A stretch of DNA of 64,000 nucleotides from a virus (Duplodnaviria; Caudoviricetes), in the IMG/VR virus record IMGVR_UViG_3300020049_006862, positions 46,205-110,204 of that record; one strand, written 5' to 3'. Every line of letters starts with the position of its first letter. Positions within the stretch are counted from its first letter, which is position 1. Position numbers and translations under genes: made by a program. Shown one piece after another: positions 26,706 to 38,626 of this stretch. Under the pieces are notes generated by a model. It searched no databases. It saw only the letters and a program-made list of their open reading frames with translations, and was not told the origin of the DNA.

Positions 26706-27208
26706 TATATTAATATTTTACCATCTTTGTAGACGAGTATATCTTTATTCTCACCTATAAGATGAGTATCAGTACTTATTGTTTCGTAGTATAACCCATC
26801 AACTCATCCTTCAAGTTTCTTTTGAGAATCAATTTTAAAATCTACATCGGAAATTTTGTTTTTTCTTACCGCCCTTCTTTTCAGCGTTCTTACTTTCTCT
26901 GACGTGCTTGGATGAATTCATTCACCTTTAGAATAAGAACCTACTAATCAGATAGAACTTACTTGGGAATTATCCGCTATTATTTGTATAGCTTTTCTAA
27001 TTGTAACTTTAATTGATTCTGGCATCTTGCGTATCCTACAAAATCTGCTTCATAAAGCCATAGCCTCTGTGTCAGGAAGTACAATAACTCTTTTGTTATT
27101 ATATACTTCCTGATACTTAGCTATCATCCTTTTAAATCAAGGATAAAGATCCTCAATTATTGGCCCATTATATTTAGGGTATAATGTAAGAAATTTAGAG
27201 ACATCCAT
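26705..27208 (-). CDS. Pol-beta-superfamily (MNT-like) nucleotidyltransferase, absent from ORF track (167 aa)
   Basis: ATG 27208 to TAA 26705 fills the gap exactly (TAATG overlap with next gene); contains SIWLVGSYSKGEW...KISDVDFKI; all five Trp are TGA. Confidence 0.75.
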
Positions 27209-29432
27209 CGAGAGGTATATAGTTATTGCCACCACCCGAACCTACAAGATTGCAAGGTCCTGGATTAGGCACAGTGTTGGTTCCCATGAAGAGCCCATTT
27301 CAAGTAACAGTAATAACTCCTCCTACACAACTATAGTTAGTATAAAAAGTAGGCAGTGAAACCCCCCGAATTCTGAAAGACCAGTCAATGTCTATTGGGG
27401 CTTCAAGTTTCATGTATTTAGCAAGACATGAACAATAACCTGCTGGAAATCCAGCACTATTACTTGATAATTCAGCAGCTGATGGGTGACTAAATATAAA
27501 ATTAGGTATTGCAAGACTTTGTAAAACTTCTACAACATTGGGATTATATTCTAAGGTTCTGAGTGAACTACATGGTGAAGACGCATTCCCTAAACTATAC
27601 CATGGAGAACCAGCACCACCTTCATTTGAAGGATAAGAAATAAGTTCTGGGCCACTTAGCTGCTCAACGCCATTTACTATGAACGAGGAAACTTCTGTAT
27701 CGTCGTTTACAAACGGCCCGACATCATGTCTTAAAAGCATTGTACAGGCATCGCTGACTACTTCAACAAATACAGTAGTTTCTTGGGTACACGGAACAAT
27801 TCCTCCGACGTAAGTAAAACTATAAATGCCTGCAGGAACATTAGTAAAGTCGGATACTGCGTGCGAGCGTAGCGGGATATCGTTAGTATTACTTGTTATG
27901 GTTGATCCTGCCGTATAGTTTGTAGGTGCCCCTGAATTGACTATAAGCTGATTTACCGTAGGCGAGGAAAAAGCTATTCTTCAATAACCACCTTCATCAG
28001 CACCTGTGAGAAGTGTAAACAAGTCAACTGTACATCCAGAAGTACATTGATACGCAGTGCCAGAAGTTCCGTACGAAGTTGTTCCAGGAGCATATGAGAT
28101 CCGCATTGGAATCGAATAGCATGTTGTTTCTGGCGCACACTCCGCACATAAGTATGTTCCAGGTAAAGCTGCCGTATAACAAAATGTAAACGTGAGAGCT
28201 CTACCAACACCGAGAGCTGTGCCACCAACCCAGCCTGTATCCATGAAATTACCAAAATCGAATGTATCATCTATTCCAGAAGATAATCCGGTTGTTACAT
28301 TCTGATCCCAAGACGTTCCTATTGCTGCTGTGTACGAAGGTATTACTACTGAAGTAGCGACCGTCCATGATCCTGCAGTGCTAGGGCTTCCGCCTAATTG
28401 ATCTCACATATTCATAACCGGGTTACCACCGAGATAACCGTCTCGGAAATCGTGCCAACATTGAATACCAAACGTAGGTGGGGTCCCTGCTTCTGGTCCT
28501 GGACCTACAAGAACCTTAACATTAAGATTTCTTTCACACATTAAACCTGGAGAAGTAGTGTACTGAAATTCGTATTCCACGCCTTCTGTAGCATTGGAAA
28601 AATTAACTAATACTGAAACACTCGATGCAGATACTACATAACCCGGAGAACGAGAAACATAAGCTCCTCCATTAATGGATAAAATAACTGGGGAAGGTCC
28701 GATATAAGTTCACCTCCCATTTAGATGTCCTGGATCTGATCCAAGACCATCTATTAAATTTTGTAAGTTGACAGAACACACGGGATCTGTACAAACAGAA
28801 TAATAAGGAGCATATTTGATAACGCCTGGATCGTAGGCAGTAGAAACATTTATTGTTGCTGTTGCTTGAGAAGTACACCCAACACATTCTAGAGTAAATC
28901 CTCCAGCGGTAGGGGCTGTATTAGTATTAACAATTATATGTTCTCCAGCATCATTATCCGGTTGAAAATAGATACCGCCAAGAGTGGGTACAATATCTGA
29001 ACCGTTAGGCCCAGAAGGAGAAGAGGGATTTGTTATAGTTCCAATTACAGATGTGCCGCAGGAAGAGGCGCTAGTTCAGTTAGTTCTCAGGTCGAAAGCA
29101 GGAATATCTGAACATACGTCTATCTCAAAATCCCCGCCTGAACAAGGAACAGTCGATACTTGAACAGTAATTATTGCAGTATCTTCACAAGGGACAGTAC
29201 CTGAATCATATTGGAAAGCGTAAAATCCTGCAGAGGTAGACCCTGAAACAGAAATAGAAGGGTTGTCACCAGTCATTACGACTGACGGCGCTGGAACACC
29301 AGAAGGTGGGGAAGCAGGATTTGCTCCCCACGGTCCAGTTGATACAGAGGCATTGTAACCTAAGTACGTCCAGATACCACCACTGTTTGCAGTAGGGTTA
29401 AGATCAGTTCGTAAAAACTTAGTACAAGCCAT
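27195..29432 (-). CDS. Cys-rich Ig/adhesin-like repeat virion protein (745 aa, code 4)
   Basis: Three track ORFs join via TGAs at 29076, 28710, 28404, 27981 and 27300; repeated L.G....GG.W ... G.Y.F.Y units. Confidence 0.75.
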
Positions 29433-29436
29433 ATTC

Positions 29437-30060
29437 TTAAGGTGTGTTACAAAGTGTTACTGCTCCGTTAGTTCCTGCATCACCAGTATCTACTACGTTA
29501 ATAGTAATGGTTACTGAATCTTCGCAGTTGGTACAACCTCCAGGAGTAGTTACGTCGCCATTATCTACGGTATAGGTAAATAAGTAAGTCCCTACTCCTT
29601 CAGAAGCCGAAGGTTGGAAAGTATCATCACTACCGGAAGCTGTGTTAGCTTCATGCCCAGAAGACATAGTTCCTGTGTTTGTCCAAGTTCCATCTGTATC
29701 TGGTAGAGGCGACACCCCAAGTAAACTATAAATATTATAAATGGTAGTGTCTGAGTCGCAATACGTATAGGTATTTGCAGTTCCAGCAACTGCACCATCA
29801 ACTACTGTCACGGTGACAGTGGCAGTATCACTACAAGGTACAGAACCTACAGTATAAGTAAATACGTATGTTCCAGAGGGAGTATCACTTACACCGATTG
29901 TTACGGTGTGCGTAACCCCGATAGCGTTACCGTTAGAATAAGTAGCGGTCGCTGCTCCGTTTACAGAGAGATCAGTAGGTCCGCCAGAAGTAAGTACCCA
30001 AGTTCCACCAGTGTCTGGTGTACCGCCTAAGTAATCAAAAAGAGTTATAGTACAAGCCAT
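29437..30060 (-). CDS. Ig/adhesin-like repeat protein (207 aa), paralog of downstream gene
   Basis: LGGTPDTGGTW...GTYVFTYTV units; both genes begin MACT. Confidence 0.7.
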   Translation of the reverse strand: MACTITLFDYLGGTPDTGGTWVLTSGGPTDLSVNGAATATYSNGNAIGVTHTVTIGVSDTPSGTYVFTYTVGSVPCSDTATVTVTVVDGAVAGTANTYTYCDSDTTIYNIYSLLGVSPLPDTDGTWTNTGTMSSGHEANTASGSDDTFQPSASEGVGTYLFTYTVDNGDVTTPGGCTNCEDSVTITINVVDTGDAGTNGAVTLCNTP

Positions 30061-30076
30061 TGCTTATATTAGTTTT

Positions 30077-30769
30077 TTAAGAGCCTATTGCTCCTATGAT
30101 ATTGACATCGAATTGTCCTATGTTAGCGGGCTCTGCTCCTATCCTAATATACAAAGTAGTAAGGGAGGAAGGCCCAGCAATAGACACATGCGTTGATGCA
30201 GTAGTGGATGAAAGCCATCCAGAAGAATTTAAAAGATCGCCAGAGGTACATCCATCGTACACCGCAATAGCTGGTTGAAAAATACCGTCTACGCCATAAG
30301 CCGTACTGTCAACAGTAAAGTCAATTTCCCATCCAGTGGATGAAGAAGGAACTGCGATAGCGTACCAAAGATCTACAGCGGTAGAGGATACCCACGAGGT
30401 TGGTTGATCCATTCCTGAATCAGTGGCATCTACGTAAGGGCATGTACCTCTCATATCCCCGCCTTCAAACTGAGCTTCAAACTCGTCCTTAACTATACCA
30501 AGAGGAATAGTAACTGACGTTGCGCAGGCATTGTTAATGGGGACAAGTGATTGTAAAAACTCTATTGCTAAATCAGCTGTTACAGAACATGCGCCAGAAG
30601 TTACAGTGTATCTGTACGTGTAGGTTCCCTCATTCACCACTGAAGTAAAGTCGAGGGTACCGTTCCAAGCTCCCGGAGCTGCTGGATTACCAGCAGGCCC
30701 AGAAACAAATGTTCAGGTTCCTCCACTCATCTTAGTTCCTGTTAATTCATTATAAGGTGTGATTATCAT
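30077..30769 (-). CDS. Adhesin-like protein (230 aa, code 4)
   Basis: ATG 30769, SGGT-W(TGA)-TF joins ORF 30077..30640; PINNAC...DLWY...IAVYDGC...LYIRIG segment. Confidence 0.7.
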
Positions 30770-30770
30770 A

Positions 30771-32246
30771 TTATGAACAGGTTAAGATTGTTGTATTATC
30801 CCCAGCACAAGCAATGTTAACAGTAACTGTTGCTGCATTAGATGTCTCACCAGTAGAGTTCATTACTGTGTAGGTAAAAGTATCAGCGCCAGTCTCTCCA
30901 AGAAAAGGAGTATAGATTACTGTACCGTCTCCTGGTACAACTACTGTTCCTTTTGTAGGGGTACTAACTATAACGATAGAATTGATGAGCAGAGGGGAGC
31001 CGTTCCCTAAATCGTTCGTAAGAACATCAATAGTTACTGGTTCTTCACAGGCCACACAATCCGTGTCATTATTAGCTGTAGGAGCTGTCGCACAGTCAAG
31101 AAGGATAGTAAACACGCTTGCTACTGCACAGTTTCCATTCGTATCGCATACTGTCCAAGAAAAAGAATCAGAGCCTGTTACAGCTGGAATCTCGTACTCA
31201 ATAATGTGATCTCCTGCCATGTTAGTAGTAAGAGTGATAGAAGAAGAAAGAGGTGTAGGAGGTGTTACAACTTCCCAAGTATCCCAGTCTATTTCCACCG
31301 TTGGCTGAGTAACAAAAATAGCTTCTTCAATGTTTATTTCAAAAATATCTGTAACTACAGCGTCGCAATCAATTTGAAAAACCGCATCAGGTATTACCAA
31401 TGTGTCCATTTCTTCGCAAGCTATAACCGTAAAGACTATAGTTCCGAGAGTAGTTCTTAATCCTTCTACTGTAGCTACACTGTAAGAACCAATGTAAGTT
31501 GTAGGAAGGGTAGTAATAGGTGCTGTAAAAGTAGCTATATTACCTGTTGTTGTAACTGCGAAACCTGTTGGCAAATTAAATTGCAGAGTGCTCCAATCAA
31601 TTGTATAACTACAACCAACTGGGTAAGGTATAAATATTTCTGCGGAAACATACTCTGAAAGATCTCCAGGGCAGTACATGTTGACTGCTAAACTTCAAGC
31701 CTGTGGGACACATATAGGAATCGAAAAATTCTCAATTTCTACGCATCCTCTACAGTCGGTAATGATAAGAGTTAATAGGCTTGTTGCCGGATAAGATGAC
31801 AAAGAGCCGTTAAGAGTGAGAGCTATAGTACTTGAGTTATTACTCGTTGTAGTTGTAGCCGAACTGAAAACTGCTGTGTCGTATGACCAATCAAAAGTCA
31901 GAGAAGAGCAGCCAGTGGATGATCCACTACCAATAAAAGTATACTGAGCATTCTGAGTAATACTTCCGGTGAGAGAAGAGCAGACATTATTAAGTGGTAC
32001 AGAGATAGTACGAACGCAGCCATTAGCGTCTGTCACTACTAATTGAGCTGTCGATGTTGTTAAACAAGTCTCATTAGTAAGTACAATGTTAGTACTAATA
32101 GTCGACATTGCGTCAGGAGCAGCGGCGGTGCCAACTGTGCCTGTAGGATTAGAAAAAGATACACACGTAGAGGAAGCAGTGAACACGTAAGAATACGGCG
32201 CTTGACCACCTGAAATAGTGTATTGATAATTAGTTAAGGTAATCAT
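30771..32246 (-). CDS. Multi-Ig-domain virion protein with C-terminal cadherin-like/bacterial Ig domain (491 aa, code 4)
   Basis: Joined via TGA 31695; SGGQAPYSY / VTDANGC (SprB-like) and APTANND...IDVLTND...YTP...GADTFTYTV motifs. Confidence 0.75.
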
Positions 32247-32247
32247 A

Positions 32248-32565
32248 TTACGATATTCTTATTACGGTTATAGTACCTCCGCATGTAGGTTCTGGATCGA
32301 CGACTGTGACAGTAATGTCACAATTGAGATTATCCAAAATACAACCTTCTACTGTAGGTAATTTTTTGATAGAATTTTCTATAGTACATACTAAAGCATC
32401 TACTACTTCACACTCTACTCTGTGAGTATAAATGAAATCGTAGTTAATAGCTCTCGCAATACTTAGACCTTTCTTAGCGCAGGACACTCCATACATTTCT
32501 GCAAAGATATCCTCCACTACTCTGTCAAAAATATAACATTTTAATTTATTTGCATCCACAGCCAT
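32248..32565 (-). CDS. Small Cys-containing tail-module protein (~105 aa)
   Basis: Likely start MAVDANK at 32565, overlapping the upstream stop. Confidence 0.55.
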   Translation of the reverse strand: MAVDANKLKCYIFDRVVEDIFAEMYGVSCAKKGLSIARAINYDFIYTHRVECEVVDALVCTIENSIKKLPTVEGCILDNLNCDITVTVVDPEPTCGGTITVIRIS

Positions 32566-33067
32566 TGGTAACAGAAGTTGATGTCTCAAGCCCCAATAGT
32601 TCTTGTAATTCAGCAAATATGAGACAGGCATCAGCGCAGGCGCAGTCCGAGCACGTGTTAACAAATGTAAGGGGGAGATACAAAGAGATTGCTTTACAAT
32701 CATCCAAGTTATCTGCCATGTACTCAATCAAACAGCATTTAGTTTCCTGATCAACAAAGACACAGACAGAATCTGATTCGTAAGAACCATCATCCTGCGT
32801 GACCTTTATTTTAATCGAGAAGATACCATCTGACAAAACATCTGTCATATCGAAATACTCTGCACTAAGACGTAGGTAAGGTTCTGCCACAAATGCTTCT
32901 AATCCGTCCATATCATATTCCATCTCAGTAACGTCTTCTCCACTACAATTGTAATTAAGAATCAATTCTATGGTGTAATCTGGGTTGGGAGAATCATCGA
33001 GCCAGGTATTAATTAGTTCTGACGAAATATCTATGTAAGAGAAATCATCAGCAATTGTGTACGTCAT
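32546..33067 (-). CDS. Putative tail hub-like protein (173 aa)
   Basis: Intact acidic ORF, LSDGIFSI, Cys-rich C-terminus ending GCGCK. Confidence 0.55.
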   Translation of the reverse strand: MTYTIADDFSYIDISSELINTWLDDSPNPDYTIELILNYNCSGEDVTEMEYDMDGLEAFVAEPYLRLSAEYFDMTDVLSDGIFSIKIKVTQDDGSYESDSVCVFVDQETKCCLIEYMADNLDDCKAISLYLPLTFVNTCSDCACADACLIFAELQELLGLETSTSVTNGCGCK

Positions 33068-33071
33068 GTTA

Positions 33072-33611
33072 TTATTTATTTTCTATGTTGACAGCTACAC
33101 ATTTTGGAGCTGTCCTATTACCGCCAAAGTAAAAGTTAATGAGGTAATAATTCTTTTTGTACGGTATAAAGTAAGTCTTGCTAATGGTAAGTTTAGGATC
33201 TGAACCAGCCTCTATATTTTGAAAAGTAAAGTAGCAAGTTTTAGACGATTCATCTAAGTTAAGCTTAATACGAATTTTCGACCAAAGTGGAAACTTATAA
33301 ACCTCTTCCCCGTATATTCTCTTACCATCTCTATTGAAGTAGGGTGTGAGGTGTATCAATTTGGTCTCAGGATCGTAGCACCAACCAATCATAGCTGCTG
33401 CTTTATCCGGGTTCAGCCAGTTCCAAGACACTCCTAACAATTTAGACCAGTCCCATTGATCTGATCCATCCCCAGCAGTTTGCCAATCAGGAAATTCGTA
33501 AGCCATGTCGCCCAACAACTGTACATCCCAAGTAAGAGTCTTCTTACTTTTAGGAATAGGTAAATTGCGAGGAACACTATGGTGTAGTCCTTTTAAAATG
33601 TATCTTTTCAT
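33072..33611 (-). CDS. Hypothetical protein (179 aa)
   Basis: Intact aromatic-rich ORF coupled to the upstream gene. Confidence 0.6.
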   Translation of the reverse strand: MKRYILKGLHHSVPRNLPIPKSKKTLTWDVQLLGDMAYEFPDWQTAGDGSDQWDWSKLLGVSWNWLNPDKAAAMIGWCYDPETKLIHLTPYFNRDGKRIYGEEVYKFPLWSKIRIKLNLDESSKTCYFTFQNIEAGSDPKLTISKTYFIPYKKNYYLINFYFGGNRTAPKCVAVNIENK

Positions 33612-34696
33612 TATGGGTATACTCTAATTTCAATTGTAAACGTGCCAGTTACATCTGTAAACAGAGTCCCGCCATCTACGGTTCTAATCTGTACAGTATT
33701 ATTATCTGCTCTATACACACCAATTAGAAAGGGAGGCTGTCCGTAAGTATCTGGATTGTCGGAATAAGATATAAAACAAGTAGTTTTATTAGCAGTAAAC
33801 GCTGCGCTTAAGGTTCCTGTGTATCTTCCAGTTACATCTCTCGCTCAAACAATTGGACCGCTGAGATCATTAGAAATAATCGTAGCGGTTGGATTACTAC
33901 TTCCGCTAAAAGCCAGCAAAGCTGTGTAGGAGAGATATGCAGCTCCGGCAGCATCTTCCCAAGTAGTTACCCCAGAACCATCAGTAGTTAAAACTTGATT
34001 AGCCGACCCATCGTTGGGGGGCAAAGTAAGTGTGTAATTAGAGGAAACAGATACTGGAGTCTTTATGGTTATTGTTTGTTGAGCTGCTGCTGTTAAAATT
34101 CTAATTTCGCCAGGATCTGAGCCGCCAAGAGGAGATATTGTAAATGTTCCAAAATTAACTGTACCAGTACCACCTACAGTAAATCTACCGCCATTTGCTG
34201 TGTACATTTGTACTTGATTAGAAGTAACTTCTACACGATCGGAGCCTATACCAAACGTTGAAATTTTTACTGCCGGTGAAGCTTTGTCTTGAAAAGACAA
34301 GGCATCATCTCCATTCGCATATTGAATTGTGAAAGAAGGATTTGGGAAAGGTGACGAAGCTCTTTGCACCATTGTTGCAACTGCCCCAAGGGTAATCGTT
34401 CCACTCCCCCCATATATTCCATTTCCATCGCCTCCAGAAATATCTTCCCAAGTAACTACTCCATCACCATCTGTTTGGAGAACTTGTCCTGCGTCACCAT
34501 CTGTTAAAGGAAGAGTGTACGCAGAAGGAACTTCATCTGGAAGGCCAACAACAATAGCATTAGTAAAATCTACTCGTCCGCGAAATTCTACATCATCAGT
34601 ATTCAAATTAACCACACCTTCGTTAGGTGGAGTATAAACTCTGAAACGAGAAGCGGGGGTAGGTTTGTTTTTCGAGTTAGTTACTACTCGTCTCAT
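33611..34696 (-). CDS. Fibre-like protein (361 aa, code 4)
   Basis: Two YTLP..DG..GQVL.TDG.G...W repeats; PIV-W(TGA)-ARD continues to IEIRVYP-TAA. Confidence 0.7.
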
Positions 34697-35262
34697 TAGA
34701 GTACGATTTTAACTGCGCCTGCAGTGTGGTATAAGTCTCCAACTTGCAAACCGCCAATGTCAGCTGCAGAATTGTCCGCGAACTCCGGAACCCCTACTAG
34801 ATTAATAGCAGTCCTTCCTGCGTCAGAAGACACTTTAACAGCTGCTGGAGTGCCTGTATGGGAATTAGCAATCATCTGTACTGAGCCTTCATCTGCTGCG
34901 CTCATGATATTAATCTCAGCCTCGCCTAACTCATTAGTGTCATTTTCAGCGTCAACTTTGGTCTGCAGAGCAATCTCAGCTAATTGGGTACCGACTTCGG
35001 ATACTATCTGGCTTTCACCAGTTACTGGGTTACCAATAAGGTTTTCGAATTCCCCGTCAGTCATAGTAGTCTGTGGAGTAGAAAGTTCGATAGCGCCGGA
35101 AGCAATTTTAGATGTAATCCAGTCTTCCATTCTGATGTCAGAAGCTGCTGCTGTGGCTTTGAACCCTGTTCTACGGCCTGCATTGAAAGGAATAGAAACG
35201 TTGCTTGTTGATCTTTTCAATCGGTCAAACTTAGTCCGATTATCTGTTGTATTAAAAATCAT
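34696..35262 (-). CDS. Putative head/fibre accessory protein (188 aa)
   Basis: Shares N- and C-terminal segments with the upstream gene. Confidence 0.55.
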   Translation of the reverse strand: MIFNTTDNRTKFDRLKRSTSNVSIPFNAGRRTGFKATAAASDIRMEDWITSKIASGAIELSTPQTTMTDGEFENLIGNPVTGESQIVSEVGTQLAEIALQTKVDAENDTNELGEAEINIMSAADEGSVQMIANSHTGTPAAVKVSSDAGRTAINLVGVPEFADNSAADIGGLQVGDLYHTAGAVKIVL

Positions 35263-35267
35263 TTGTT

Positions 35268-37226
35268 TTATAATTTAATCCGGAGTTCTCCGGTTGCTGT
35301 TTGATATATTCGACCCGACGCGAGCCCAAGCACACCTGCTGCAGCTTCGTCTGCCGCAACTGGTAAATTAGTCGCATGTACCTCGTCATCCATCATTACT
35401 ATACCAGTAAAAGTTTTTCATCCGCCAACATTCTGAGTTGACGTAATGTCTACAAAGTCAGCGACATCTATACTAACATAAGTAGGTTCTTTTACTCTCT
35501 TAATAAGGAGAGATAAATCATTAGGATCGCCAGTAAAATTACTTACATCGTCAATTACTTCCCAGATAAAGTCTGGTGAAGAAACATCTCCCGTATTTTT
35601 ATAATAAAGAAGCGCTCCATTAGGAAGTCTGAGATCGTTTGAGGTGTAATTAGTTTCAAGCCATGTTACTATTTCTGCGTCAGTAGGAGCATTAGCGTCT
35701 GCAAAAGACGCAGGGGTAAGAGTAATAGACGAAGCGCCATAAGCAGTTTCTTCTACATCAATGCTTACTACAAGTTCTTTGATTCTGGTGGTTTTATCAC
35801 CGTCCCAAAACCAGCAGTTAGAAGGATTATAAGGATCAGAGCCGGAAGCTTGATAAGTTGGATTGTCAGATGTGCCAGTAAAGATAGTAGTAAATATAGT
35901 TCCCGGCTGAGCGAGTCCTATAGATTCGTACGTATCCTCTACGATACCCTGCATAACATCTTCTCTAATGATTTTAGCGTCGCCATCTACTGCAGAGTTT
36001 ATAGTAGAGGAAGGTACAGCTCTACGCGCAATCTCAAATTGTGGAAGCAAGTGCCATCCCTTATTACTGATACCATCTACACCATAGTAGTGCCAATTTC
36101 CTGGGGAAGCCTCATCGTTCACAAGTATGAACGGATCAATGGAAGATCCATTACCTTCTATAGAATGATCTGAGAAACCTGTATTTCCAATAATTCCATC
36201 CACATATTCTTTGTCAACTAAAGATCTGTTTACAAAATCGGCAGAATAATCAGCAGCATACAATATGCCGGGGAAACTTCCACCTGTACCAGTTACTGTT
36301 ATAGAGTCAAAACTTATGTCCCAATCTGTAGCTGTAAGATTAACATTTCCCGCACTGTCTATATTGAAAGTATTTCCAGAAATGTTTATGTTTAATTCAT
36401 TGTCAGAAATAATACCGACTGATGTTTCAGAATCAATAGTAATTCCGTACTGAGCTACTAATTCAAGTGTATCCGGAGTTATAGACAGAACTGTATTATC
36501 AGTGTCATATTGGAAGACTACAGCCGATAAATTTTTATCTTCGATAGCTATTACCGTATCACTGATACTGAGTTCTAAACTGTCGGTGTTAAACGCAAGT
36601 TCGTCATCTCCGAGATGTACAGTATTATCTCCAAGCAATTCTATGTCTACTGTGTCTCCTACAACTGAAAAAAGTCCTTCCTCAATAGTAAATACTGAGG
36701 TTCCAACAGTAAAAGAAAAGCCGGAAGCTGTAATCAACTGATTTATAGGACCTATCTCGAGAGAAATTTGAGAAGGCTGAATCTGGAAGGTGGAATCCAC
36801 CCCAGAGAAAGTAATTCTGTAATTATCTAAATCGACTGTTCTATTACCTGTTAGACTGCCGTTGTCTGTGTAAATAGACGTGTCTATAACAGTAGAAGCA
36901 GTAAAAAATTCTAAACCATCTTCGGTAGCATTTACTCGAAGTAATTGTCCTGTAGTACCGTAGGTTGGCGGTACATCAATAAGATCTATAAACGACACAA
37001 CTGGATCTGGAGCTACAGGTAATACTATAGTCCCGTCTTCAATTGCGGAATTGATCCATTCCTTCAATTTTATAGAGTAAGAAGGATTACTCTTTCCTGA
37101 AGCAAAAGCTCGTTCAGTTCTAGGGATAAACCTCCCCATGTTTATGGGGAGGTAAATCTCAGAAGGTGAATTTTCCTTAAATGCCTCAATCTTTGCTCTG
37201 TTGTCAGGTAAGATGTAAGTAGGCAT
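35268..37226 (-). CDS. Putative fibre protein (652 aa, code 4)
   Basis: Extends through TGA 35418 to TAA 35268; fibre motifs GQLLRVNATEDGLEF, IYTDNGSLTGNRTV, SLVDKEYVD. Confidence 0.65.
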
Positions 37227-37240
37227 AAAATGAGTTTTTG

Positions 37241-38605
37241 TTAGATACCGTTAACTTTGATTGCAGGTGAACCTACAGAAGCCAACCAAGCATTCATGAA
37301 TGCGTCAAAAGTTGTGATCGTGCCACTACCTGTTGGGATAGCAACAATAGTGCGAGCTGGGATACCAACTTGGTTCGTAATATCCAGTGCTTGAGCATTT
37401 TCGCTCAACATGTTATACACTACATAATTAGTCGTAGTAGTATAAGGAGAAGGAAATTCGATAATTGGATCTTCAGTCGAGCGAAGAGTATACTTACGTT
37501 GTCCGTGAGTAGCTTTCCACATCAGATCCAGAACACGTCCTGAACCTTCACCTTCAAACATTTGAACTTCTTCGTTCATATATTCAGTACCTACGAAACC
37601 TGATTTCAAGCCAAGGTTCAAACGTACTTTAACTTGAGGAATGTAATCAACATAAGCCAAAGGCATATCCAAAGCCATAACCATAAACAAATCTGCCACA
37701 CCACCAGTAACAGTACCAGCAGTAGTAGTATCAATTGTCAAGATAGACCAGGTTACGTTAGCGATAACATCGCCGAAAGCGGCAACTGCTGCGGCGCGAA
37801 GAGTGGCCAATTGGTCAGCTGTGATTACCCAGTTACGAACGCCATTAGAGCTATTCATTACAGGGATAGTATCACCAGCAGTGATAGTATTAATTACTAC
37901 GCCATCGGAGCCAGTAGAGTCGATCAGAAGAGCGATTACTGGTTCTTGACCTTGCTTACGATTAATTGGAAGCGTCAGGCCCGCAGAATTGCGGTTAATG
38001 TTGAATGTTAAGTTCTGAAGCAGGTGATCAACAGGTTCAGCTGTACCTAAAGTGGTATAGTCAGGCGTCACATACGCAGGATCAAAGTGATGAAGTGCGT
38101 CTGGATTGTAGAACATGTGGTGACGTACACCTTGGTAAGCGATACCGAGAGTATACTCAGTATTGTCCAAAGCAGTAATTGCGCCAGGATCGCCAGCTGC
38201 AGCACCTACTACCCAAGTAGAGAAAGCCGGAGCTGCGTATACTTGCTTAGTTACATAGACGCCATTACGACCAAAGATGTCAGCTGAGCGTACATATGGT
38301 TCGTTCCACAGCGGATAACGAGCACCAGGCATTTGTGCTGGGTTAGAAGAGTAAGAAGTGCCTTGGGCCAAGAAAATTGCGTTGGCTTCGGCAGAGGTTG
38401 GAGTAGTATCTAAAGCTACGTTCATAGCTACAGTGCCGCGGCCATCTGCGGCGAAAACGCCAATTTGATGATCTGCGAGGCGAACTGCTCCGGTAGCGGT
38501 ATTATTGATGTGGTTCCCACCGCCAGCGGTGTTATACAGAGCTACATCAGCTGATACCAAGTGAGTTTCGTTTGCGCGGAGATTTCCGCTACGATTTGCG
38601 AACAT
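37241..38605 (-). CDS. Putative auxiliary capsid / major structural protein (454 aa)
   Basis: Intact ORF with codon style like the MCP; EGEGSG motif near C-terminus; crAss gene order. Confidence 0.6.
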   Translation of the reverse strand: MFANRSGNLRANETHLVSADVALYNTAGGGNHINNTATGAVRLADHQIGVFAADGRGTVAMNVALDTTPTSAEANAIFLAQGTSYSSNPAQMPGARYPLWNEPYVRSADIFGRNGVYVTKQVYAAPAFSTWVVGAAAGDPGAITALDNTEYTLGIAYQGVRHHMFYNPDALHHFDPAYVTPDYTTLGTAEPVDHLLQNLTFNINRNSAGLTLPINRKQGQEPVIALLIDSTGSDGVVINTITAGDTIPVMNSSNGVRNWVITADQLATLRAAAVAAFGDVIANVTWSILTIDTTTAGTVTGGVADLFMVMALDMPLAYVDYIPQVKVRLNLGLKSGFVGTEYMNEEVQMFEGEGSGRVLDLMWKATHGQRKYTLRSTEDPIIEFPSPYTTTTNYVVYNMLSENAQALDITNQVGIPARTIVAIPTGSGTITTFDAFMNAWLASVGSPAIKVNGI

Positions 38606-38626
38606 ACTATTAATAGTAATTGTTAA

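Noticed and set aside
24840-37226. Diversity-generating retroelement acting on fibre genes
   Set aside because: No reverse transcriptase and no template/variable repeat pair noticed in the window.
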